From assembly GCA_035649355.1 (NCBI GenBank), contig DASRJS010000056.1, positions 1 through 53,962 on the forward strand: a DNA stretch of 53,962 nucleotides, written 5' to 3'. A program made the translations under genes and the position numbers. The stretch comes from Candidatus Polarisedimenticolia bacterium. GTDB taxonomy: Bacteria > Chloroflexota > Limnocylindria > Limnocylindrales > CSP1-4. Positions 1-9,036 of this stretch are shown here, piece after piece (position 1 is the stretch's first letter; each line of letters begins with the position of its first letter). The notes under the pieces were generated by a model. That model was not told the origin of the DNA. It did no database searches and saw only the letters and a list, made by a program, of their open reading frames with translations.

Positions 1-1
1 G

Positions 2-307
2 GCGGCGCTCCTTGGCGTGCCGGAGACCATGCTCGAGACGCATGGCGCCGTCAGCGCCCAGGTCGCCCGGGCGATGGCGAGTGGCGCCCGCGAGCGATTC
101 GGCGCAGACCTTGCCGTGTCGGCAACGGGGATTGCCGGTCCGGACGGCGGGACGCCGGCGAAGCCGGTCGGGTTGACGTACCTGGGCCTCGCCGATGCCC
201 AGGGCGTCGACGTCCGGCGGCTCAATCTGGACGGTGACCGGGCGGCCAACCGCGAAGCTGCCGCTGCCGCTGCGCTCGCGTGGCTCCTCGAGCGGGCGGA
301 GCGATGA
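2..307 (+). CDS. cinA: CinA-family C-terminal domain (PncC-like nicotinamide-nucleotide amidohydrolase), 5'-truncated by the window edge
   Basis: The frame is open to the window start (codons from nt 2: AALLGVPETMLETHGAVS...). The block HGAVSAQVARAMASGARERFGADLAVSATGIAGPDGG...KPVGLTY is typical of the CinA/PncC C-terminal domain. The stop TGA 305-307 overlaps the next gene's ATG (ATGA). Confidence 0.8.
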   Translation, partial: AALLGVPETMLETHGAVSAQVARAMASGARERFGADLAVSATGIAGPDGGTPAKPVGLTYLGLADAQGVDVRRLNLDGDRAANREAAAAAALAWLLERAER

Positions 308-1869
308 CCCGCTCCGCGGCCGACGTTGGAGCGGGACTCGAGCCACCGCGACCGCCTCGCCCGATCCGCCCAGGTGAGCGGATCCACGTCGTCGGTGCTG
401 CCGGAGCGGGAGCCTCGGCCGCAGCGCTCCACGCGCACTGGGCGGGCGCGGTGGTCAGCGGCTGCGACCCCGGTGGGGCGTCGCCATACAGCGTCGCTCT
501 CAAGAGCGCCGGCATCGAGCTCGCCTGGCGCCATGATCCGGCGCACATCGCCGCTGACCGACCGGAGCGCCTCGCGGTCACAAAGGCGCTGACGGCGATC
601 GCCCCGGATGAGCCGGAGCTCGTGGCGGCCCGCTCGGCCGGCATCCCGGTCCAGGCCTGGCAGCAGGTCGTCGCGGACGCCGCGGTCGGCCGGACGCTGG
701 TCGCCGTCGCCGGCACGCACGGCAAGAGCACCTCGGCGGGCTGGTTGACGCACCTGCTCGTCGATGCCGGACGCGACCCGGCCGCGTTCGTCGGAGCCCT
801 GTTGCCCGTCGCGCTGACCGGTGGGGCCCCGGCAACCGCGCGCCAGGGCAGGGGAGGAGCCTTCGTCGTCGAAGCGGACGAGTACGCCGGGAACTTCGAT
901 GCATTCCTCCCGGAGATCGCGATCGTCACGTCGGTCGACTGGGATCACCCGGACGTCTTCGCGGACCTCGACGGCGTCGTGGAGGCGGTCGCCCGGTGGC
1001 TCGAGCGTGCCGCGGCGGCCGCAACCCAACCCCCGACGCTCGTTGCCAACGTGGCCGACGCCGGCGTCGAGCGGCTCATCGACCGGCTCGCGGCATGGCC
1101 TGGACGACTCATCGCGACCGCGCTCGTCGACGTCGCGCCGCAGCGCCTCGGCGGCTACGGGCGCGGGATCGCAGAGCGCTTCCACACGGCTGGCGGCGCG
1201 ACGCGAACGCTCATCGGCCGACCTCATCGACTTGACCCTGACGGGTCAACCCTGGAGATCCGCGGCCTGGGTGATTCGGAGGAACCGCACGAGGCCCGCG
1301 TCCAGACCGCCGGACGCCACAACGCCGCGAATGCGCTGGGCGTGGCCGGAGCTGCGCTGGCCCTCGGCCTGGAGGCTGACGAGATCGTCCGAGGGCTCGC
1401 AACGTTCGCCGGAGTCGGCCGTCGGCTCGAACGACTCGGAGAGCGTGGCGGGGTCGTCGTCTACGACGACTACGGGCATCACCCCACGGCGATCCACGAG
1501 ACGATCCGGGCGACCCGGCAGCGCGAACCTGGCCGTCGACTGTGGGCGGTCCTCGAGCCACTGACCTATCACCGCACCGCGGCGCTCAAGAACGAGCTCG
1601 GAGCGGCGCTCGCAACGGCGGACGCGGTCGTGGTCGCAGACATCTGGCCGGGCCGCGACCCCGACCGGACGATCGCCTCGCCGCAGGACGTCGCCGGCGC
1701 CGCAGCCCGTGTGAACGCAGGCATCCCGATCGCCACGCCGGGCTCGGTGGAAGCCACCGCGAGCTGGCTGGCGGGCGAGGTCCACCCGAACGACGTGGTG
1801 CTCGTCATGGGTGGCGGCCGCAGCTACAAGATCGCCGAGCTCCTGTTGCACGCGCTCGACACCCGCTGA
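304..1869 (+). CDS. Mur ligase family protein (MurC / Mpl-like UDP-N-acetylmuramate ligase)
   Basis: ATG 304 overlaps the cinA stop; an alternative in-frame ATG lies at 280. Mur-ligase motifs are present: N-terminal VVGAAGAGASAAAL, P-loop AGTHGKSTSAGW, VVEADEY, and C-terminal GVGRRLE...DDYGHHPT. I cannot separate MurC from Mpl by eye. Confidence 0.8.
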   Translation: MTRSAADVGAGLEPPRPPRPIRPGERIHVVGAAGAGASAAALHAHWAGAVVSGCDPGGASPYSVALKSAGIELAWRHDPAHIAADRPERLAVTKALTAIAPDEPELVAARSAGIPVQAWQQVVADAAVGRTLVAVAGTHGKSTSAGWLTHLLVDAGRDPAAFVGALLPVALTGGAPATARQGRGGAFVVEADEYAGNFDAFLPEIAIVTSVDWDHPDVFADLDGVVEAVARWLERAAAAATQPPTLVANVADAGVERLIDRLAAWPGRLIATALVDVAPQRLGGYGRGIAERFHTAGGATRTLIGRPHRLDPDGSTLEIRGLGDSEEPHEARVQTAGRHNAANALGVAGAALALGLEADEIVRGLATFAGVGRRLERLGERGGVVVYDDYGHHPTAIHETIRATRQREPGRRLWAVLEPLTYHRTAALKNELGAALATADAVVVADIWPGRDPDRTIASPQDVAGAAARVNAGIPIATPGSVEATASWLAGEVHPNDVVLVMGGGRSYKIAELLLHALDTR

Positions 1870-1960
1870 GCGTTCGAAGCTCACTCGGTCCTCGACCGGG
1901 TATCATCGCCCGGCGCGACCGCCCGTCGCGCTTCGATATCTCTGGAGGCACACCCCGCCC

Positions 1961-2452
1961 ATGGCCGGTGAGGTCTCGTTCGACGTCGTCAGCGAGTTCG
2001 ATGTCCAGGAGCTCCGGAACGCACTTGACCAGGTGCGCCGGGAGGTCGCTCAGCGCTACGACTTTCGTGGCGCGACGGTCCAGCTCGACCAGGGCAAGGA
2101 CGCCCTCGAGCTGCTGACGGACGATGAGTTCCGGGCGAAGGCCGTCCGCGACCTCCTCGAGTCGAAGGCCGTCCGGCGCGGCCTGTCGCTGAAGATCTTC
2201 GACTGGGGCAAGCTCGAGGAGTCGGGCGGGAACAAGGTTCGCCAGACGATCGGCCTGCGCAAGGGCCTGCCCGAGGACCTCGCGAAGAAGATCGCCAAGC
2301 TGATCCGCGACGAGTTTCCCAAGGCCCACGGCCAGATCCAGGGCGACGCCGTGCGCGTCTCGTCGAAGAGCAAGGACGAGCTCCAGAAGGTCATGGCGCG
2401 GCTGCGCGGGCTGGACGAGGTCGTACCCCTCCAGTTCGGCAACTACCGCTAG
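1961..2452 (+). CDS. yajQ: YajQ / UPF0234 family nucleotide-binding protein
   Basis: ATG 1961 is preceded by GGAGG (1944-1948). The 163-aa protein shows the YajQ pattern along its full length: SFDVVSEFDVQELRNALDQVRREVAQRYDFRG ... QIQGDAVRVSSKSKDELQKV. The longer tracked ORF from 1811 has an Arg/Pro-rich, non-protein-like N-terminus. Confidence 0.9.
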   Translation: MAGEVSFDVVSEFDVQELRNALDQVRREVAQRYDFRGATVQLDQGKDALELLTDDEFRAKAVRDLLESKAVRRGLSLKIFDWGKLEESGGNKVRQTIGLRKGLPEDLAKKIAKLIRDEFPKAHGQIQGDAVRVSSKSKDELQKVMARLRGLDEVVPLQFGNYR

Positions 2453-2464
2453 GCCGCGCGAATC

Positions 2465-4411
2465 GTGGACGAGCTGACTCGCCCCGCATCGAACGAACCG
2501 GACGTCGAGCTCGAAGCCGAAGCCGCTGCCGCCCCGGAAGCCGTCGAGGCATCCGAACCTGAGGCGATCGAAGCCAACGCCGCCGCGGAGCTCGATGAAG
2601 CGCCCGCCGCCGACGACAGCGTCGAATCGGAAGAACCGACCGAGCCCGACGTTGCCACCGAGCCCGACGTTGCCACCGAGCCCGAGGTCGCCACCGAACC
2701 CGAGGTCGCCACCGAACCCGAGCCGGCCCCACCGGCCGGACCCCGAACCGTCGCACAGGCCGTCGCCGCTGCGCTCCGAGCCGCCGGTGTGCGATGGGCC
2801 TACGGCGTCCCCGGAGAGAGCTTCCTGCCCCTTCTCGACGCCCTGGCCGAGGCCGGGATCCACGTCGTCGCGACCCGACACGAAGGCGCCGCGGCCTTCA
2901 TGGCCGACGCCCACGGTCAGCTGACCGGCCGGCCCGCGATCTGCATGGGCACACGCGCAGTTGGCGCGTCAAACCTCGCGATTGGCATTCACACCGCTCG
3001 CGCAAATTCGAGCCCGATGTTCGCCCTGGTCGGGCAGGTCGACTCGAGCCGTCGCGGGCGCGAGGCGTTCCAGGAGGTCGACCTCGCCGGCACGATCGGC
3101 GGCCTTGCCAAGTTCGCCGCCGAGCCGACCGACGCCCGCGAGGCCGCCGATGCCATCGTCGAGGCCGTTCGGCAGGCGCTCGGCGGCCGTCCGGGGCCAG
3201 CGCTCCTCTCGCTGCGCGAAGACCTGCTCGACAGCGAGCTGCCCGAGGGCGTCACTGCCTCACCGCCGCGGATCACGGCGGCTCGCCCCGACGATGCCGA
3301 TGTTCGCGCCGTTCTGCACCTGCTCGCCTCGTCCGAGCGGCCCGTGATCCTTGCCGGCGCCGGGGTGCTGCGGGCGCGAACCTCAAACGACCTCGTCCGC
3401 CTCGCCGAGCTCCTGCGCGTGCCGATCGTCGCCTCGTGGCGTCGCGGCGACGTCATCTCGAACGACCATCCGCTGTATCTCGGGATGAGCGGCTACTACG
3501 CGTCGCCGACCGTCCGGCCACGGCTGGAGGCGGCGGACGCGATGCTCGTCATCGGCTGTCGCCTGAACGAGATCACCTCGTTTGGCTGGACCGTGCCGGG
3601 TCCGGCCACGCGCTGGGCCCACGTGGACGTGGAGCCCGTGCGGCCGAGCGCCGAGCTTCAAGCCGCGGACATCACGGTCGCGGCCGACGCCCGGCTGTTC
3701 GTGAAAGCCGCGGTCGCGAGGCTCGAGGGCAACGGTGTCCTCGACGCTGCGATCGCCGACCGACGTAGCGCCGCGAACGCCGAGGATCGCGCCGCCTTCG
3801 AAGCCGCCACGACGGTCGACGACGCTCCGTGGAGCGGACCGGGCGTCCATCCCGGTCGGGTTATCGCGACCCTTCGGCGCGTGCTGCCCGACGATGCGAT
3901 CGTGGCGACGGACGCCGGCAACTTCAGCGGCTGGCTGTCACGCGGCTTCCGATTCCGAAGGCCCGGGACGTTCCTTGGTCCGACCTCCGGCGCCATGGGG
4001 GCGGGCCTGCCCGCGGCCATTGCGGCCGCGCTTGTCCATCGCGACCGGGCGGTGGTCGCGCTCGTCGGCGACGGTGGGCTCGGGATGGCCCTCGCCGAGC
4101 TCGAGACCGCGGTCCGCGAGCATGCCAAGGTCGTCGTTCTCGTCTTCGACAACGAACGCTACGGGACGATCCGGATGCACCAGGATCGTGAAGGCCACGA
4201 GCCGATCGCAACGGACCTCGGCCCCTTCGACTTCGCGGCCGTGGCGCGTGCCGCCGGAGCGCGTGGAGTTCGTGTCGACGACGACGCGGCATTTGAACCG
4301 GCGCTCCGCCAGGCGCTCGTGTCGGATCGCACGACGCTCATCCATCTCGGCCTCGACCGCGCCTGGGTCGATGCCGACAGCCGTCCCGGAGGGACCTCGG
4401 CCGCGAGCTAG
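2465..4411 (+). CDS. Thiamine-diphosphate-dependent enzyme (acetolactate synthase large-subunit-like) with a ~95-aa acidic repeat N-terminal extension
   Basis: The TPP-enzyme N-terminal core GVRWAYGVPGESFLPLLDAL begins near nt 2750. A TPP-binding GDG block VALVGDGGLGMALAELETA...NNE-type (FDNERYG) is near the C-terminus. The only in-frame starts upstream of the core are GTG 2465 and CTG 2474, because the in-frame TAG 2450-2452 closes the frame. Confidence 0.85.
   Translation: MDELTRPASNEPDVELEAEAAAAPEAVEASEPEAIEANAAAELDEAPAADDSVESEEPTEPDVATEPDVATEPEVATEPEVATEPEPAPPAGPRTVAQAVAAALRAAGVRWAYGVPGESFLPLLDALAEAGIHVVATRHEGAAAFMADAHGQLTGRPAICMGTRAVGASNLAIGIHTARANSSPMFALVGQVDSSRRGREAFQEVDLAGTIGGLAKFAAEPTDAREAADAIVEAVRQALGGRPGPALLSLREDLLDSELPEGVTASPPRITAARPDDADVRAVLHLLASSERPVILAGAGVLRARTSNDLVRLAELLRVPIVASWRRGDVISNDHPLYLGMSGYYASPTVRPRLEAADAMLVIGCRLNEITSFGWTVPGPATRWAHVDVEPVRPSAELQAADITVAADARLFVKAAVARLEGNGVLDAAIADRRSAANAEDRAAFEAATTVDDAPWSGPGVHPGRVIATLRRVLPDDAIVATDAGNFSGWLSRGFRFRRPGTFLGPTSGAMGAGLPAAIAAALVHRDRAVVALVGDGGLGMALAELETAVREHAKVVVLVFDNERYGTIRMHQDREGHEPIATDLGPFDFAAVARAAGARGVRVDDDAAFEPALRQALVSDRTTLIHLGLDRAWVDADSRPGGTSAAS
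2639..2728 (+). repeat. In-frame 18-nt tandem repeat, about 4.5-5 units, encoding TEPDVA/TEPEVA
   Basis: Units 2639-2656 and 2657-2674 are identical (ACCGAGCCCGACGTTGCC). Units 2675-2692 and 2693-2710 differ at 1-3 positions. The fifth unit (2711-2728) is degenerate. Confidence 0.9.
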
Positions 4412-5199
4412 CCGCTCAGCGTCCCGGCGGGCGTCCCGATGAGCCCGAGGCCGCGCTCGCCGTTCGCGACATGGAGCGTGAGCGAATTCGCATCGAGCGA
4501 CCACACCGGATCGCCGTTGAGCGTCGCCATGACGGCCGCCTCGAGCTGCCCGGCATCGCCCTCGCAAGCCCGTTTGGTCATGGCGAGGTCGCTGAAGTGG
4601 ATCAGGGCGCCGTCCACGACGTATCGCCCGCCGCCCTGATTGCAACCCGTGTTGAACGTGATCTGACCGGTGGTGTTGAAGACGAGCGTCGCCGTGACAT
4701 CCGACATGCCCATGCCTGCATCTGATGCAACGAAGACGGTGGTCACGGTCCAGAGCGTGCCCACGAGCGGCAGGTCCGGTTCGGCGATCTCACGGTCGAG
4801 GAGCGTGATCACGGTGTCGCCCGAGCGCAGGATGAGCTCGTTGCCGGCGACGGAGATCGTTGGAGCACCTCCGAGGAAACCGAACAACCAGTCGTCCTGT
4901 GCCATCCGATCCGGGTCACAGCCCATCTCGGTCATCCCGCCGCCGTCGATCCGGAGGACCGCACCGTCGAGACGGTACGTGCCGCCGAAGCTGTTACAGC
5001 CGGCCTGAGCGCCGATCGAGCCGTCCTTGGTGAAGCTCAGGCGGATCTGGGTGCCTGCGACGAGAACCATCGGAGCGCCCGCGACCGTGACACCGGTCGA
5101 GAGGAACGTGCGGCCCTCCACGCTCGATGCGCTGCCGCCGCCGAGGAGACCGCAGCCGGCGAGCGCCAGCCCGAGGGCGACGAGTGAGAGGCGGATCAT
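4408..5199 (-). CDS. META (HslJ-like) domain lipoprotein, two META repeats
   Basis: ATG 5199 gives the lipoprotein signal MIRLSLVALGLALAGC. There are two repeats with GCNSFGGTYRLDG / GCNQGGGRYVVDG motifs. The stop shares the palindrome CTAG (4408-4411) with the convergent TPP gene. The extension to 5283 adds no signal-peptide logic. Confidence 0.8.
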   Translation of the reverse strand: MIRLSLVALGLALAGCGLLGGGSASSVEGRTFLSTGVTVAGAPMVLVAGTQIRLSFTKDGSIGAQAGCNSFGGTYRLDGAVLRIDGGGMTEMGCDPDRMAQDDWLFGFLGGAPTISVAGNELILRSGDTVITLLDREIAEPDLPLVGTLWTVTTVFVASDAGMGMSDVTATLVFNTTGQITFNTGCNQGGGRYVVDGALIHFSDLAMTKRACEGDAGQLEAAVMATLNGDPVWSLDANSLTLHVANGERGLGLIGTPAGTLSG

Positions 5200-5264
5200 C
5201 GTGTTCACGGCCCTCTGACGATCGCCGGGCCCTGTTCGGTTCCACGCCGCCATCCGGCGGCCGC

Positions 5265-6005
5265 ATGCTACGTTCCCCGGCACCGATGGCGCAGCCAGTC
5301 GACCCCGCCAAGCTCAAGCGCGAGAGCGCCGGCCGGTACCGGACCGCCGATGGTCGGTTCGGCATCGAACAGTCCTCCGGCGGCTGGATGGTCGTCGACG
5401 ACGAGCAGACGAACGAGCTCGGCCTCGCGCTCGTTCGAGGCCCGTTCGGCTCGCTCGACCTGGCTCGTGCGGCCATCGAGGACGCTCGAACGGGTCCCGC
5501 GCCGACCTCCAATCTGGCGACGCGCATGGCTGCGCTCCCAAAGACGACGAAGCCCGCCCCGAAGCCCGAGCCGAAGAAGCCGCCCGAGCCGCCGCCGGTC
5601 GAGATCCGGGTCATGCGCGCCGCCGATGGCGACGCTCTTCGAGCGCTCTGGAAGGGGGCCGGCTTCAAGTCCGTCGGCGACGACGACCGGTCGCTGGCAC
5701 GTTTCCTGGAGCGAAACCCACGACTGCTCCTCGTGGCGGCCGCCGGAGACGAGCTCATCGGTTCCGCACTGGGCGCGTGGGACGGCCGTCGTGGCTGGAT
5801 CTACCACGTGGCCACGGCATCGACGCACCGCCGGACCGGGGTCGGGAAGCGCCTCGTCCGGGAGGTTGAGCGGCGCCTCCTCGATCTCGGCGCCCCGCGG
5901 GTCAACGTCATGGTCCGCGACGACGCCCCGGATGCCCCCGAGTTCTGGACCGCGCTCGGCTACAAGGCGGCGCCGACGCAGCAATACGGCAAAGACCTCG
6001 GCTGA
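5265..6005 (+). CDS. GNAT family N-acetyltransferase with an unknown N-terminal domain
   Basis: The C-terminal ~150 aa carry a GNAT acetyl-CoA motif (WIYHVATASTHRRTGVGKRLV). A ~80-aa N-terminal domain is joined by the Lys/Pro-rich linker KTTKPAPKPEPKKPPEPPP. The start is ATG 5265 or 5286, with no clear SD. The tracked start 5127 would overlap the divergent META gene. Confidence 0.75.
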   Translation: MLRSPAPMAQPVDPAKLKRESAGRYRTADGRFGIEQSSGGWMVVDDEQTNELGLALVRGPFGSLDLARAAIEDARTGPAPTSNLATRMAALPKTTKPAPKPEPKKPPEPPPVEIRVMRAADGDALRALWKGAGFKSVGDDDRSLARFLERNPRLLLVAAAGDELIGSALGAWDGRRGWIYHVATASTHRRTGVGKRLVREVERRLLDLGAPRVNVMVRDDAPDAPEFWTALGYKAAPTQQYGKDLG

Positions 6006-6673
6006 TGCTCCGCCGGGCCGCGCCGTGGCTGGCCGCCGGCATCCTGGTCGTCGGCGGCATCGCCTTCCTCGCACCGAAGCTCGGCGGAGTGAGTGGCCTG
6101 CTGCTGGGCTCCTCGCGCCAGTTCTCCTTCGCGGGGATGGCGATGACAATCCCGGCCGAGTGGTCGATAAACTCGACCGGCTGGCCCAGCAGGGGCGGTG
6201 GTTCGATGTGGGCGATCGTTGGGACGCTGCCGTGGGGCCCGTGCGCCGCGTCCGACATCAACTGCCATTACGAGCAGCGCCTGTCGGCCGGCCAGATCGA
6301 GATCGGGTTCGGTTCGGTTGGTGGCATCGAGGACTTCTGCCTCATCGGCGCGACCCGGAGCGATCTTGCGGGTCGGGGCCCGGACGATCCCATCGCAAGC
6401 GGGCGGCTCATGCGGGTCGATGGGCGGCCAACGATCCAGACCGACTATGCCGTCGGCCGGGGCGACTACTACCGCTCGGACGAATGGCGTCGTTGGCTGA
6501 TCGCGAATCCAGATTCGCTCGGTTCCGCATACACGATCGATGCGAAATACCAGGGCCCTGACGTTGTTCGCTTTCGGACCCAGCTCGACGCGATGATCGC
6601 GAGCGTGCACGTCACTGAGCAGACCCGCGCCGGGGATCCGGCGACCGACTGCGGACCGCCGTTCCCGCCATGA
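6005..6673 (+). CDS. Hypothetical membrane-anchored protein
   Basis: ATG 6005 overlaps the GNAT stop (TGATG), and its stop overlaps the amidase start (ATGA 6670-6673). It has one N-terminal TM helix (WLAAGILVVGGIAFLAP), high GC3 and no domain I recognise. Confidence 0.55.
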   Translation: MLRRAAPWLAAGILVVGGIAFLAPKLGGVSGLLLGSSRQFSFAGMAMTIPAEWSINSTGWPSRGGGSMWAIVGTLPWGPCAASDINCHYEQRLSAGQIEIGFGSVGGIEDFCLIGATRSDLAGRGPDDPIASGRLMRVDGRPTIQTDYAVGRGDYYRSDEWRRWLIANPDSLGSAYTIDAKYQGPDVVRFRTQLDAMIASVHVTEQTRAGDPATDCGPPFPP

Positions 6674-8046
6674 GCCACATGCAGATCCACCAACTGACCC
6701 TCATCGAGCTCGCCGGGGCGATCCAACGCCGCGAGCTATCGTCCCGCGAGATCGTCGACGCACTGCTGCGCCGGATCGGTGAGGTCAATCCACGGCTGAA
6801 CGCCGTCGTCACGCTGGCCGACGATGCCCTCGATCGAGCACGCGCGGCGGACGCCGAGCTCGATCACGGCACGGTCCGAGGGCCGCTCCATGGTGTTCCG
6901 ATCACGCTCAAGGACTCGATCGACACGGCCGGCCTTCGAACCACCGCCGGGACGGCGGGCTGGCGCGACCGCGTCCCCGAGCGCGATGCGACCGTGGCTG
7001 CGCGCCTGAAGGCCGCGGGCGCGATCGTGATCGGGAAGACGAACACGCCCGAGTTCACGTGGTCCGATCGCACCGACAACGATGTCTTCGGCCGAACGAA
7101 CAACCCGTGGGACCTCGAGCGCTCACCCGGCGGCAGCAGCGGCGGCTCGGCCGCGATCGTCGCGGCCGGTGGGTCGCCGCTCGACATCGGCAGCGACACG
7201 GCCGACAGCATCCGCATCCCGTCGCACTACTGCGGTGTCGCCGGGATCAAGCCGACGCAGGGACGGGTCTCGCGGTTCGGGCACAATCCGGCGTTCCACG
7301 GGATCGTCGGCTCGTGGACGCAGCTCGGGCCGATCGCCCGGTCCGTGGACGATCTGGTCCTCGCGCTCTCGATCATCGCCGGACCCGACGGCGAGGACCC
7401 GCACCTCCAGCCGATGGAGCTGCGCGACCCGACGAATGTCACCAGCCGCGACCTCCGCGTCGTCTTCTTCACCGACAACGGGATCAGGATTCCAACGCCG
7501 GCGACGATCGAGACCGTTCGTTCGGCCGCGCGCGCGCTTGCGGATGACGGCGCGGCGGTCGCGGAGCGCCTGCCGCCCGGCATCGTCGAGCTCGCGCAGC
7601 TGTGGTGGCCGATCATCCTCGCCGATGGCCACGCCTGGCTGCGGCGCCTGATCACGGCCGCCGGGACGCCGGGCACGGGCTGGTACACGTGGCTCGACGA
7701 CGAGCCGCCAGTCCCGAGCGCGGAGCTCACCGCGATGCTCGAACGGGTCGACGTCACCCGCGCCGCGCTGACGCGCTTCATGCGTGACGTCGACGTGACC
7801 GTGTCGCCCGCCGGGCCGTTGCCGCCGTTCCGCCACGACGAGGCCCACACCGAGAACAACGCCGATTCCTACTGCGAGGCCCACAACGTCAGCGGCTACC
7901 CGTCGGTCGTCGTCCCGGGCGGCGTCGCGGACGGCTTCCCGATCGGCGTCCAGGTCGTCGCCCGGCCCTGGCGCGAGGATCAGGCGTTCGCGGCCGCGAA
8001 GGTCATCGAACACGCGCTCGGCGGCTGGCAGCCACCGCCGATCTGA
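6670..8046 (+). CDS. Amidase (amidase-signature family)
   Basis: The Gly/Ser-rich amidase signature GGSSGGSAAIVAAG is present, with an upstream ITLKDSID block. The length is 458 aa. Confidence 0.9.
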   Translation: MSHMQIHQLTLIELAGAIQRRELSSREIVDALLRRIGEVNPRLNAVVTLADDALDRARAADAELDHGTVRGPLHGVPITLKDSIDTAGLRTTAGTAGWRDRVPERDATVAARLKAAGAIVIGKTNTPEFTWSDRTDNDVFGRTNNPWDLERSPGGSSGGSAAIVAAGGSPLDIGSDTADSIRIPSHYCGVAGIKPTQGRVSRFGHNPAFHGIVGSWTQLGPIARSVDDLVLALSIIAGPDGEDPHLQPMELRDPTNVTSRDLRVVFFTDNGIRIPTPATIETVRSAARALADDGAAVAERLPPGIVELAQLWWPIILADGHAWLRRLITAAGTPGTGWYTWLDDEPPVPSAELTAMLERVDVTRAALTRFMRDVDVTVSPAGPLPPFRHDEAHTENNADSYCEAHNVSGYPSVVVPGGVADGFPIGVQVVARPWREDQAFAAAKVIEHALGGWQPPPI

Positions 8047-8095
8047 GGCTCGCCGCCGTCATGGTCCCGACACAGGCCGCGCCTAGGATTCAGCC

Positions 8096-8509
8096 ATGAC
8101 CGAGACCAAGCCAACCACCACCGTCACGAAGTCCGACGCCGAGTGGCGCGACCAGCTCACGCCGCAGCAGTACCACGTCCTCCGCGAGAAGGGCACCGAG
8201 CGCGCCTTCACCGGCCACCTCTGGAACGAGCACCGGGCGGGGACGTACCGCTGTGCCGGCTGCAGTGCTCCGCTCTTCCGATCCGAGACGAAGTATGAGT
8301 CCGGGACCGGGTGGCCGAGCTTCTACGCCCCGGCCACCCCGGACGCCGTGGCGACCGAGACCGATCGCTCCTGGTTCATGAGCCGGACCGAGGCGATGTG
8401 CGCCGCGTGCGGTGGCCACCTCGGCCACGTCTTCGAGGACGGTCCCGCACCGACGGGCCTCCGCTATTGCATGAACTCCGCGTCGCTGGAGCTCGATCCC
8501 GAGGGCTAG
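8096..8509 (+). CDS. msrB: Peptide-methionine (R)-S-oxide reductase
   Basis: It has two CxxC pairs (CAGC, CAAC), [16 protein letters not shown] and the RYCMNS active-site motif. Confidence 0.95.
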   Translation: MTETKPTTTVTKSDAEWRDQLTPQQYHVLREKGTERAFTGHLWNEHRAGTYRCAGCSAPLFRSETKYESGTGWPSFYAPATPDAVATETDRSWFMSRTEAMCAACGGHLGHVFEDGPAPTGLRYCMNSASLELDPEG

Positions 8510-8970
8510 AAGAGCCGGATCCGGCGCGGCTGGACACGGAGCGCGACCGAGAAGGCGCGCGCCGTGTCGCCCTCGTCCATGCCCCAGTGCGCGAGCGGAT
8601 CCACGTACTTCGCCCGGTACGCGGGATGAACGTCTGACCGGGCGACGGTCGGGTCCACGACGGCCGTGCCCTCGATGACGAGCGCGTGGTCGCCGTACCC
8701 GTCCGACTGCACGTGAAATCCCACGAGCGGAGATCGGGCGATGTTCCGGAGCTTCGGAGTCTCCGGCTCGCTGTAGATCAAGATCGAGTCACCCTCCCAG
8801 AGGAAGCTCACGACCGACGTCTGAGGCGTTCCGTCGTCGGCCACGGTCGTCAGCCAGCCCACGACGTCACGCTCGAGACGCTCGCGCGCCCACGCTCCGG
8901 TGGCGTCGTGGGGAATCTCGGCGAGGGACTTGATGATCACGCGCTGATCTCGATCTGGGACCGTCTGCAA
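8506..8970 (-). CDS. PNPOx-like split-barrel protein (PPOX-class probable F420-dependent enzyme)
   Basis: The pattern [29 protein letters not shown]...ALVIEGTA is typical of the pyridoxamine 5'-phosphate oxidase-like fold. It converges on msrB with a 4-nt overlap. Confidence 0.65.
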   Translation of the reverse strand: MQTVPDRDQRVIIKSLAEIPHDATGAWARERLERDVVGWLTTVADDGTPQTSVVSFLWEGDSILIYSEPETPKLRNIARSPLVGFHVQSDGYGDHALVIEGTAVVDPTVARSDVHPAYRAKYVDPLAHWGMDEGDTARAFSVALRVQPRRIRLF

Positions 8971-9036
8971 GACTCATATCCAGCGCCGACGGTAGGCTCA
9001 CGGTAGCGAAAGCGAGGTGCCCGTGAACGTCCGACG

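Noticed and set aside
2639-2728. The 18-nt direct repeats considered as a CRISPR-like or minisatellite non-coding array.
   Set aside because: The units are contiguous with no spacers, in frame, and inside a CDS whose reading frame they preserve. This is a coding tandem repeat.
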